Positions 53,559 to 62,527 of a DNA stretch of 64,000 bases are shown in pieces; positions within the stretch are counted from its first letter, which is position 1, and each line of letters begins with the position of its first letter. Under the pieces are notes generated by a model. The model saw only the letters and a program-made list of their open reading frames with translations, ran no database searches and was not told where the DNA came from. This DNA comes from an uncultured Veillonellaceae bacterium (GTDB lineage Bacteria; Bacillota; Negativicutes; JARBTT01), in contig CAWDTA010000002.1 in NCBI GenBank assembly GCA_963805085.1, positions 288,001-352,000 of the forward strand, written 5' to 3'. The position numbers and the translations under genes are program-made.

Positions 53559-54746
53559 ATGAGTACGAGTACAACGTCTAATTCCATGGCAGCGACAAGT
53601 GCTGCCAATATAAATTTAACGTCTACTCAACAAATTATCAGAGGATTCGGGGCGGCTAGTGTGTGGTGTGGAGCTCTTAGCGATGCACAAATGAATACAC
53701 TTTTCACGGATATGGGGCTTAGTCTTTTACGGATACGGATTGCACCCAATGAGAACTGGAGTAGTGGTAACTATAGCGCTTGGGCTGATGAACTTTCCAA
53801 TGCAAAAAAGGCTAAAGCTAGAGGAGCTAACGTGTTTGCCACTCCATGGACGCCTCCAGCTTCCATGAAAAGCAATAGCTCTACTATCGGCGGCTACCTG
53901 AAATCTTCATCCTATTCCAATTATGCAAATTACTTAAAAAGTTTTGCAAATTACTTCTCTAATAATGGCGCTTCACTTTATGCCATTTCACTTCAGAATG
54001 AACCAGATTGGGATCCTGATTATGAAGGATGCTCTTTGACAGCTGCTCAATTTTGTGATTTCATCAAAAATCACGGTTCTATTGTTGCCAATATTACCAA
54101 AATGATTATGCCCGAGTCGTTGAACTTTAACCATTCCATGTCAGATACAACGCTTAATGATTCTACTGCTGCTTCTTACGTATCGATTATTGGCGGACAC
54201 CTTTACGGAGCCACGATTCAAGATTATACCTTGGCCCGCACAAAAGGAAAGGAATTATGGATGACCGAACACCTACTCAATGATCAATCATTAACCGCAT
54301 GCATAACTACAGCCAAAGAAATTCATGACTGCATGACCGTTGCTAACATGAACGCCTATACCTGGTGGTGGGTCATCAGTGACAACAATGGCTTCTTCAA
54401 TAAAGCTGGTGTAGTGCAAAAACGAGGCTATGTAGTGGGGCAATTCGCGAAATTTGTCCGTCCCGGTTATTATCGTGTAACTGCGACTTCCAATCCCCAA
54501 ACCAACATCTATGTATCCTCCTATAAGGGGAGCGGAAAAGTAGTCATCGTTGCCATTAACCAGAGCACTTCAGGAATTAGTCAAAATTTTGTATTCTCAA
54601 ATGGGTCCGTATCCACAATGTCCAGATATGTTACCGACTCCAGTCAAAACATCGCCACTGGCACATCATTATCTGTATCAAACGGAGCATTCACGGCATG
54701 GCTGCCAGCTCAAAGTGTGACTACTTTTGTCGGCACTCTTAGTTGA
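53559..54746 (+). CDS. GH30 (subfamily 8-like) endoxylanase, no signal peptide
   Basis: QIIRGFGA, PWTPP, SLQNEPD acid/base, WMTE nucleophile, KFVRPGY. Confidence 0.88.
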   Translation: MSTSTTSNSMAATSAANINLTSTQQIIRGFGAASVWCGALSDAQMNTLFTDMGLSLLRIRIAPNENWSSGNYSAWADELSNAKKAKARGANVFATPWTPPASMKSNSSTIGGYLKSSSYSNYANYLKSFANYFSNNGASLYAISLQNEPDWDPDYEGCSLTAAQFCDFIKNHGSIVANITKMIMPESLNFNHSMSDTTLNDSTAASYVSIIGGHLYGATIQDYTLARTKGKELWMTEHLLNDQSLTACITTAKEIHDCMTVANMNAYTWWWVISDNNGFFNKAGVVQKRGYVVGQFAKFVRPGYYRVTATSNPQTNIYVSSYKGSGKVVIVAINQSTSGISQNFVFSNGSVSTMSRYVTDSSQNIATGTSLSVSNGAFTAWLPAQSVTTFVGTLS

Positions 54747-54844
54747 AACTATAACAGTAAGTCCACAAAGTCTGAGCAAGAATAGTTTCCTGTAAAATCA
54801 TAAACAGTTTGAATACTGTTACCAATACGAAAGAGGTGAAAATA

Positions 54845-56320
54845 ATGAGCATCACATGTTCAAATCCACTTATATGGTCCGATGTTCCAGACGTAGACGT
54901 AATTAGAGTAGGTAATTATTATTATATGTCGAGTACCAGTATGCATATGATGCCAGGTGTGCCGATTATGCGTTCTACCGATTTGGTGAATTGGGAGATT
55001 GTGTCTTATGTCTATAACACTTTGGAAAATAACTCCGCCCATAATTTGACTGATGGCAAAGGAATCTACGGTAAAGGTTCCTGGGCTACCAGTTTACGTT
55101 ATAAAAACGGCACTTACTATGTGTGTTTTGCCTCGAATGATATGGGTAAAACCTATATTTACAAAACAACGGATATTATAAACGGCCCTTGGACGCGTTC
55201 AGTCTTATCCGCAGTTTATCATGACCCTTCGCTACTATTTGATGATGATGGTAAAGTGTACATCGTTTATGGCTCCGGCGCCGTCTACATCAAAGAATTA
55301 ACGTCGGATGCAACTGCCATCAAGACAGGCGGACTTAGCCAGAAATTATATACATCGCCCGATAGTAACTTATTCGAAGGCTCCCATATTTATAAGATTA
55401 ACGGGATGTATTATATCTTCAATATTCGTTGGACAAGCCGGAGGATTGAATCATGTTACCGATCTTCAAGCCTTACTGGTACCTGGGAAGGCAAGATTGT
55501 TTTAAACAGTACTTTGAGCGGCGCATCTGGAGGCGTTGCCCAAGGCGGGATTTTTAACACTCCCGATGGGACTTGGTATGCCATGTTGTTTCAGGATCAC
55601 GGTGCAGTTGGACGGGTTCCTGTTTTAGTTCCGGTTACTTGGACCGACAATTGGCCGATTATGGGTGTTAACGGAGCGGCGCCGTCTACGCTAACCATTC
55701 CCCTAGCGGATTCATCAATAAAAACCGCTTTATTGACCAGTGATGATTTTAATAAAACGAAGCTTGGCTTGAATTGGCAATGGAATCATAACCCAGACAA
55801 TAACAATTGGTCCTTGAGTGCACGCTCGGGGTATCTGCGCTTAACAACTGGAAGCATTGCTTCGAATATCTTTTTGGCACGTAATACTTTATCACAGAGA
55901 ACTGTTGGCTCCACTTGCACTGGGGAAGCAGCGATTGAGACCAATAATATGAAGTCCGGTGATTATGCGGGTCTGGCAGCATTTCAAGATGATTATGGCA
56001 TAATGGGAGTCAAGAAGACCGACTCGGGAAAATATCTCATCATGGGTACAAACGGCGGGAGTGGAACTCTAAACGAAGTGGCGTCAAAATCTTTTACTCA
56101 AAATAAAATATATCTAAAAATCTACTTCAATTTCCTTAACTGTACCGATAAGGCCACCTTTTATTATTCCTTGGACGGCAGTACGTGGGCGCAACTTGGC
56201 AGTCAATTATCAATGACCTATAAATTGACTCACTTCATGGGCTATCGCATCGCTTTATTTAATTACGCAACAACAACAACGGGTGGGTACGTGGATTTTG
56301 ATTATTTACATACTGTGTGA
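54845..56320 (+). CDS. GH43 beta-xylosidase/arabinofuranosidase with C-terminal beta-sandwich, no signal peptide
   Basis: NPLIWSDVPD, STDLVNW, HDPSLLFDDDG, FEGSH, WQWNHNP. Confidence 0.9.
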   Translation: MSITCSNPLIWSDVPDVDVIRVGNYYYMSSTSMHMMPGVPIMRSTDLVNWEIVSYVYNTLENNSAHNLTDGKGIYGKGSWATSLRYKNGTYYVCFASNDMGKTYIYKTTDIINGPWTRSVLSAVYHDPSLLFDDDGKVYIVYGSGAVYIKELTSDATAIKTGGLSQKLYTSPDSNLFEGSHIYKINGMYYIFNIRWTSRRIESCYRSSSLTGTWEGKIVLNSTLSGASGGVAQGGIFNTPDGTWYAMLFQDHGAVGRVPVLVPVTWTDNWPIMGVNGAAPSTLTIPLADSSIKTALLTSDDFNKTKLGLNWQWNHNPDNNNWSLSARSGYLRLTTGSIASNIFLARNTLSQRTVGSTCTGEAAIETNNMKSGDYAGLAAFQDDYGIMGVKKTDSGKYLIMGTNGGSGTLNEVASKSFTQNKIYLKIYFNFLNCTDKATFYYSLDGSTWAQLGSQLSMTYKLTHFMGYRIALFNYATTTTGGYVDFDYLHTV

Positions 56321-56444
56321 TCTCTCAACAAGTATTAGCAGCGTAATTATCCATTCGTATTCTTCAGACAAACTATCCACCTTGCTCTAATCCGCAAAAA
56401 TCAGATATTTATCAACTAATTTGCATCGAGTAACATAAACACAA

Positions 56445-56484
56445 AGTCACTACTAATGGAGTAACCTTTAGTAGTGACTTTTTT
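56445..56484 (+). terminator. Intrinsic terminator after GH43
   Basis: AGTCACTACTAA...TTAGTAGTGACT followed by a T-tract. Confidence 0.7.
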
Positions 56485-56540
56485 GTGCTAAATATTTATG
56501 GAGATTACATAATTCATCTATTTTTTATATAAATTCGTTA

Positions 56541-56610
56541 CAAAATTTATATAGACAAACAGACTAACTACTTGAACAAGGCTGGCTGTGAACACATATT
56601 CCAAGAGAAG
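56541..56610 (+). pseudogene. Serine resolvase/invertase N-terminal remnant
   Basis: QNLYRQTD*L then, shifted, LNKAGCEHIFQEK; resembles the resolvase QNLxRQxxxLxxxGCxxIFxEK segment. Confidence 0.6.
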
Positions 56611-56930
56611 GACTTTCAAGTACTAGGTCGAGAGGTAGGAAATAGATCCAGCGAAAATGACAAATAAAAAATAGGTGTATATGTATCTGACTTTGCCATC
56701 ATAAACCCCATTCACCAGATATTCTTATTTTAGAATGCTTTTTTAGCTACGATAGGCTATATATCTTCAAAATGTCAGAATCATGTCAGTTACAAATGTT
56801 ATTAAAAGGTTTAAATTGGTATTAAAGTCAATAAAAAGCATAATTGTTTGGTTTTACAATTTAAATGATTTTCTGAACTTGCAGTCTGTTTTAAGAAAAT
56901 TAACAGAGATTAAATTTGGGGGTGGCGTAA

Positions 56931-57362
56931 ATGAATAATGTGCAAGCAAAACCAGGATCGTCAAGCAGCTGGTGTATTCAGAAAAAGATTGGCTCAATTG
57001 ATGGTAATAAGCATTATAGTGGATGCAGTTATTTAGCGGACAAGCAAATAGAACACCGTGTAGAGGTTGCATTATATAATTATCCAATGTGGAAAGTTAA
57101 TTTACTTAATGTCAACCCAACCGAAGGTAATAAAGAAAACATCCTAGGCGTTTTTCGTGAGGATTACCAAACGGGAGTTAAAATAATAGAAGCTACTCTG
57201 TCTAACTTTAGTACTTTGGAACAGAATTTTGTGAAATATAGATATTCTGAGAAAAAACCTTTTAAAATAATTGCTGACAAATTATCAATGACTGAGCGGC
57301 ATCTATATCGTATAAGAAAGAAAATCATCAATCAGCTTGCAGTTGCATTTGGTGAGATATAG
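56931..57362 (+). CDS. Phage-type (ArpU/RinA-like, sigma region 4-like HTH) transcriptional regulator
   Basis: LYNYP N-terminal block; C-terminal FVKYRY....F..IA.KL.MTERHLYRIRKK. Confidence 0.6.
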   Translation: MNNVQAKPGSSSSWCIQKKIGSIDGNKHYSGCSYLADKQIEHRVEVALYNYPMWKVNLLNVNPTEGNKENILGVFREDYQTGVKIIEATLSNFSTLEQNFVKYRYSEKKPFKIIADKLSMTERHLYRIRKKIINQLAVAFGEI

Positions 57363-57417
57363 CAAATGTAGTTTTATGACAAAGATATGAACTATCTTAG
57401 ATGGGAGGTAAAACGTC

Positions 57418-57735
57418 ATGTATACATCTAGACAAATAAGGTATGCTATCGAGCGCTATCAAGAACTTCACAGTGTAGTAGAGTTTTCAACATCTCATTT
57501 TCAACCCCCAAACTACGTTGACAACATAAGTGGGATGGCAGAAGCTATCTGCATAATTTCGGATATAGACCTAGCATTTAAAGTACTAACTGCTCGACAG
57601 AGACTAGTAGTTAGATTAATTAAACAGGGATATGCGCCTAGTGATGTAAGTCATAAACTTAATCTTAGTTTAGCTACAATAAAATTTCATATGAGCTCGG
57701 CGGTTTACCGAATTGTCGATTATCTGAATAATTAA
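57418..57735 (+). CDS. Sigma-70 region 4/LuxR-type HTH protein
   Basis: LTARQRLVVRLI.QGY...DV..KL.LS..TIK.H. Confidence 0.65.
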   Translation: MYTSRQIRYAIERYQELHSVVEFSTSHFQPPNYVDNISGMAEAICIISDIDLAFKVLTARQRLVVRLIKQGYAPSDVSHKLNLSLATIKFHMSSAVYRIVDYLNN

Positions 57736-57777
57736 AATATTGTCGAAATACTTATGAAACAACGAGGTGGGTATGAA

Positions 57778-57960
57778 ATGAAATATTACACACTAGAAAT
57801 TTTAGAAGATATGTATCGGCAAGAGTCGCCTGAATTGACTGAAGAAAAGATTAAGAAAAAAGCTAAAGAACTGCATAGATTGCTAAACACATTAGACGTA
57901 GCATGGAAACGTAGCAATCGCAAATTTTACAGTAAAGTACGACTATTCGGAGAAGAATAA
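57778..57960 (+). CDS. Small hypothetical protein
   Basis: GAGGTG RBS, 60 aa, co-oriented with the two regulators. Confidence 0.5.
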   Translation: MKYYTLEILEDMYRQESPELTEEKIKKKAKELHRLLNTLDVAWKRSNRKFYSKVRLFGEE

Positions 57961-58199
57961 TTATTATAAACGAATCAGAAAGAGCGTGGCATAAAAGTCA
58001 TAAGAGATAAAAATAATGAGCCTTATGGGATTCTCATATTGATTTAATGAAGGAAAGTTTTTCTGTTCGTTGAAAAACTCTCCTTCATTTTTTTAGTTTT
58101 TGTATCGAGAATTACCTAAAAAAAAGAATTGGACTACTAGCACATAGCCAATAGTCCAATTTCTTCAAAGATACTCACTAACATTCTGCAAAAACTAAA

Positions 58200-61055
58200 T
58201 CAATTTTGCCAGTTAATCGTCACATTTCCTGTATCTGATGTCGGCACAGTGTACGTGTGGTTATTTCCGCCTTCCCATACAATATTGCCCGAACCATCTT
58301 TTTTAATTGCTTTAAATTCAATTGCTTGTCCAGCAGGCAGTCCTAACGTTATCGTCCAAGTTGGATAATTAGGGCAGGATGCTGGTCCTTTTGCATTTGC
58401 AGGTGACCAGTTGCTCAATTCACTAATATTGCCTGTAATATAAACATTTTGTCCCCAGTAGGTAGTAGCATTATTAATAGTAAATGTAACGATAGTCGTT
58501 TTACTTGTCTCAGGTTTAGTCGTAACATTAATTTTATTGCTATTAGGGGATACTGTACCAACAGAATCTTTAGCAATTACATAATAACTGTAGGTAGTTT
58601 CTGCAGATAAGCCAGTATCAGTATAAGTAGTTGCTTGAACAAGATTCGGCGTAACATTTACACCATTACGAAATACTTGATAACCGACAACTGCCACATC
58701 ATCAGTGGACGCAGTCCAGGACAAGCTTATTGTATTGCCGGTTTGTTTGGTGGATTGCAGATTAGTGGGTGCTGTTGGCGGATCAATATCCTCTTTTTTA
58801 GATGCTACAATAGTTTTTACACTTCCTGCCGCCACCTTGACATAGAAGACGGTTCCATAAATATCCGTTTCTGTAGCCCACCCTTCCCCGGTTGCACTCT
58901 GTAAAACGCTATAACTACTATATTTAGTAACTGTATTGCCATTAACTGTTACCGTAGTGGCTCCCTGAAAATGAAGTTTGACGAGGTAATACTGGACATC
59001 CGGAGTATAGGTTCCACTACTTGGACTGCCGATATTAAAAGTTGCAGTATTAGCATCACTATGGGCTGTCATGGCTTGAGTGAAATATGTTCCGTCCTCA
59101 TAGTTATAGGTTTGTCCGTCATCATCATAGTAATTAAAGCTTGTTTGCTGTGTATCAGGGAAAACATCAACATAAACAGTTTTTATCACTTTCTCACCGA
59201 CATAATTTACGAAATCCTGTGAAGGAATGATGGCACCTTTCTTTATGAACAATGGCACGTCATCCCATGTAGAGGAATTTACTTGATAGCTGATAGTGTT
59301 ACCGCCTGTGTAGGTGGTTCCGTTAAAGTAATCAATCCATGTCCCAGCAGGCAGGTAAATATTTTTTACAGTCTGACCCTGAGTGATCACCGGAGCTACA
59401 AGCAGGTGGTCACCGAACATCCAGGCATCATAATAGCCGGCTACATTACTATCTGTCGGATAATCAAACACCAGTGGTTTTACAAGACCAACTCCAGTTT
59501 CATAAGCTTGTCTCTCATAGGAATAAATGTAGGGTATCAGTGTATATCTTAATTGCATTACTTTTTTAGCAGCAGCTTCCGCAATTGCTCCGTATACCCA
59601 AGGTTGACGCTGTTTGTTTTCCTGTCCGTGGACCCTAAATATAGGGGTAAATGCGCTAAATTGTATCCACCTTGCGTAGTTTTCTGATGATGGATCACCG
59701 ACAAAGCCACCAGTGTCCATGCCCCACTTGGCTAGACCAAGGTTAATTGATCCCAGCATTCTTCTACGTTGATCGGCCATCGAATCAAATCCTGTACCGA
59801 TGTCACCTGTCCACATGCCGTATGCGTAGCGCTGCGCCCCTAAGTAGAAATTTCTGCTAATTGACCATACCCTTTGGTTTTTATACGCTCTTTGCCCTTC
59901 GTACATGCCCTTTTCCATGTTGAAGTGTCCCCAATTGTCAAAGTTTACATCTGCTTCATCATTCCACCAGCCTACAATACCGTTATCAAAAGCAGCTTTG
60001 AGATGATTAAAGAACCATGTCCGTAAGCCTGACTTAGAGAAGTCTAGGTTTCTAACTAGCTTGCCCGAGCAATAATCGGTGTAGGGCGAAGATCCCGGCA
60101 GCCACCAGCCGCCATTGGTAACATCTGTTGCCTGTACTGTTCCTGTATGCACCCTAGGTTTTAATATACCTGTCAGCTTAATTCCTTTTGCAGCCATCGC
60201 AGATTTTAATGCGCCGGAAGTGCTATCAGGGAATTTTGTAGTATTCCATATGAAATCTCCGTAGTTATCTTCTCCCCATTTCTTCCAGTCAAAGTCTAAG
60301 CAATAATTATCTATCGGTATTTGCTTAGAACGGTAGGTATCTACGATACTAGTTAGTTCACTTTCGGTTATACCCCACTCAGTATTGGTAAAGCCCATAG
60401 CCCACTTAGGAAACATAGGCGGTTTACCGGATATTTCCGCGAGCGCCGACATAATTTCTACAGGCTTGCCTACCATGATGTAGAACTCAGTATCTGTTTT
60501 CGAAACACTGCTAAATTCAAGTGTTGTACTAGCAATCGAAAATTTACCGCCGTCTGAGTCAACTAGTACACCATAACCATTATTGCTCCAAACAAAAGGT
60601 GCGCCGGAGTGCCCTTGGTTACCAGCATAGACTGATCCCCCGCTATTTTTAAGGATAGCACCGTCTTCTCCAATTCCATAGAAATTATCAGCTGCACCGT
60701 GCGTGAATTTTACGCCACCACTATAAACCCCGCCCGCACTCTGTTCCTGTATCAGCAGTTGGTTTGAGGTATCATAGACTGAAATTCTACAAGGGTTTTT
60801 GCTAATTTTTACAATCATTTTGTTGGTTGTGATAACCATGGTGCTTGATGCGATGTCAAATGATGCTACATTTCCTGTGCCCCATATTTTATTAGGATCA
60901 ATAACTTGCGTATCCGCACTTGATTGTCCACTAGGTTGATAATCAACTCTGATAATTTCTGGTTTGCATGCTTGTATGATAAGTTGATCAGAACCTACGA
61001 AAATAGTAAGCGTATCATCTTTGGCTGTTACAGCTGTAACATTACCTAATGCCAT
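58200..61055 (-). CDS. GH31 alpha-glucosidase/transglucosidase + FN3 + CBM20, no signal peptide
   Basis: LDFDW, WWNDE nucleophile, WTGD acid/base, FRVHG; PPTAPTNL FN3; TYWGQNVYITGNISELSNW...WEGGNN CBM20. Confidence 0.9.
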   Translation of the reverse strand: MALGNVTAVTAKDDTLTIFVGSDQLIIQACKPEIIRVDYQPSGQSSADTQVIDPNKIWGTGNVASFDIASSTMVITTNKMIVKISKNPCRISVYDTSNQLLIQEQSAGGVYSGGVKFTHGAADNFYGIGEDGAILKNSGGSVYAGNQGHSGAPFVWSNNGYGVLVDSDGGKFSIASTTLEFSSVSKTDTEFYIMVGKPVEIMSALAEISGKPPMFPKWAMGFTNTEWGITESELTSIVDTYRSKQIPIDNYCLDFDWKKWGEDNYGDFIWNTTKFPDSTSGALKSAMAAKGIKLTGILKPRVHTGTVQATDVTNGGWWLPGSSPYTDYCSGKLVRNLDFSKSGLRTWFFNHLKAAFDNGIVGWWNDEADVNFDNWGHFNMEKGMYEGQRAYKNQRVWSISRNFYLGAQRYAYGMWTGDIGTGFDSMADQRRRMLGSINLGLAKWGMDTGGFVGDPSSENYARWIQFSAFTPIFRVHGQENKQRQPWVYGAIAEAAAKKVMQLRYTLIPYIYSYERQAYETGVGLVKPLVFDYPTDSNVAGYYDAWMFGDHLLVAPVITQGQTVKNIYLPAGTWIDYFNGTTYTGGNTISYQVNSSTWDDVPLFIKKGAIIPSQDFVNYVGEKVIKTVYVDVFPDTQQTSFNYYDDDGQTYNYEDGTYFTQAMTAHSDANTATFNIGSPSSGTYTPDVQYYLVKLHFQGATTVTVNGNTVTKYSSYSVLQSATGEGWATETDIYGTVFYVKVAAGSVKTIVASKKEDIDPPTAPTNLQSTKQTGNTISLSWTASTDDVAVVGYQVFRNGVNVTPNLVQATTYTDTGLSAETTYSYYVIAKDSVGTVSPNSNKINVTTKPETSKTTIVTFTINNATTYWGQNVYITGNISELSNWSPANAKGPASCPNYPTWTITLGLPAGQAIEFKAIKKDGSGNIVWEGGNNHTYTVPTSDTGNVTINWQN

Positions 61056-61085
61056 GTTAATGGCCTCCTCTAGTTATATAAATTT

Positions 61086-61401
61086 GAGCAGCTTTACTGG
61101 GAGGCGCTATTAAATAGTTGCTATTAGCTCACCCAAAAGCACTTGGATAGCCGACTTTATCCATGTATGATTATTTTATTGAGCTTAGCAACGCTTTGTA
61201 ATATTTTGTTAGCACTCTAGTTGCTAGTAGCGCACACGACAAAGCTGCTTCTATTTTTTAGCCGTACACTTACTCCTCAATTTAAATAGGTGACAGTTCA
61301 TAAAAAATAAATAAAATGTAAATAAAAACACCGGATAACATTGTGATCGTTATCCGGTGTTTTTTAAATTATGAACTATCTAACTTCTCAGTAAGGTGTA
61401 C
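61086..61401. other. Highly base-paired intergenic region (candidate ncRNA/leader)
   Basis: Nested stems in 61086-61250 and a long hairpin in 61264-61401 with a perfect 16-bp core. Confidence 0.45.
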
Positions 61402-61611
61402 GTATAAAAAACGAGAGGGTATTTAGCTTTTGGAAGGAGGTTTCTATTTAGGTCATAGAGTTAAATGTAAGTATTTTATAAATTAGGGAGGTGAAAAAGA
61501 GTGGTTGCTTATAACTAATGGCGGCTTATATCTATTAAATTATTAATGCAATCCAGATATTACCGCGCAGAATTAGGTGAATGAAATAAGTATGAGCGTA
61601 GGTGATGAAGT

Positions 61612-61926
61612 GTGAGCGAAGAATTAGCAAGAACTCTTCTAAGCCAGATGGAGATAATTATTCAGTCTCTAAATAAAGTTGCTACAGAGGTAGCCGAAAT
61701 TCGTGGCAAAAATGCCGAAAAAGAGAAACGCTGCGACGATCACAAAGCAGATATAGAAGATATTAAAAACATACAGGTAGATCAAGGCAGACGATTGGGC
61801 GCGATTGAAAGTGCTGTATCCGGTATGACCGAAGTCAAGCAGTCAAATCACTATTGGGTTACAACGTTAATAGCGATATTAGGAGTAATTATTGCCGCAA
61901 TTTCTTTATTGCATAGATTTGGGTAA
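61612..61926 (+). CDS. XhlA/BhlA-like coiled-coil protein with C-terminal TM helix (phage lysis-module type)
   Basis: Heptad coiled coil then WVTTLIAILGVIIAAISLL; AGGTGA RBS. Confidence 0.55.
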   Translation: MSEELARTLLSQMEIIIQSLNKVATEVAEIRGKNAEKEKRCDDHKADIEDIKNIQVDQGRRLGAIESAVSGMTEVKQSNHYWVTTLIAILGVIIAAISLLHRFG

Positions 61927-61930
61927 TAAA

Positions 61931-62070
61931 AAACTTTATAATCTGCCATCCAGCGTACTAATCGCCCAAGAGTCGCTGTAACGCGAATACTACGTGCTGG
62001 TGGGCTTGATGTTTTACCTGGTGTTGATACAGATTGCATTACACCGGAAGATTTATTAAAAGCTTTGACT
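61931..62070 (+). pseudogene. Possible collapsed peptidoglycan hydrolase gene
   Basis: KLYNLPSSVLIAQ (GH73/glucosaminidase-like) fused out of frame to LRAGGLDVLPGVDTDCITPEDL (permuted NlpC/P60-like tail). Confidence 0.4.
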
Positions 62071-62115
62071 GGTAAAAATGTGTCAAAACCAAATAATTTT
62101 AAGGAGTCTGATATT

Positions 62116-62385
62116 ATGTCCGAAACTACTGTTTCCACTGAATCATCAACAGCAGCATCTGAAATTACTACTACAAAATCTAGTATAACTGATGTTATAA
62201 ATGCTGCTGTTGAAACTGTATCCGCTGACGCATATGAGGATATTGCGCAGAAAATTGCAGAATTAGCAAAAGAAATTAGAACTACAAATAGCTTATGGGT
62301 AAAGGTCAGAAATACTGTGGAGATTAGCACCCTTAGCAACCTGCTCTCTAAAGCTGCCGCTGCGTTATCAGAAAAAAAAATCTAA
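62116..62385 (+). CDS. Small protein with TTNSLWVKVRN motif (similar to 14877..15140)
   Basis: AAGGAG RBS before ATG 62116; follows the XhlA-like gene. Confidence 0.6.
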   Translation: MSETTVSTESSTAASEITTTKSSITDVINAAVETVSADAYEDIAQKIAELAKEIRTTNSLWVKVRNTVEISTLSNLLSKAAAALSEKKI

Positions 62386-62413
62386 CATGGGTAGTATGTT
62401 GTAAGATTAAAAG

Positions 62414-62464
62414 AAAGTTTGAACAGATTGTGTTATAACGAGCACATCTGTTCAAACTTTTTTT
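62414..62464. terminator. Bidirectional terminator
   Basis: AAAGTTTGAACAGAT...ATCTGTTCAAACTTT followed by a T-tract, between convergent genes. Confidence 0.7.
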
Positions 62465-62527
62465 AAATTATTATTTATACATTTTTCTTCTATAATAATG
62501 AATTATATAAGCAACATCCTAGTCATT

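Noticed and set aside
61851-62339. 162-aa minus-strand ORF
   Set aside because: Antisense to the RBS-supported + strand genes; no motif.
56541-62385. Complete prophage
   Set aside because: No terminase, capsid, tail, replication or intact integrase genes are visible.
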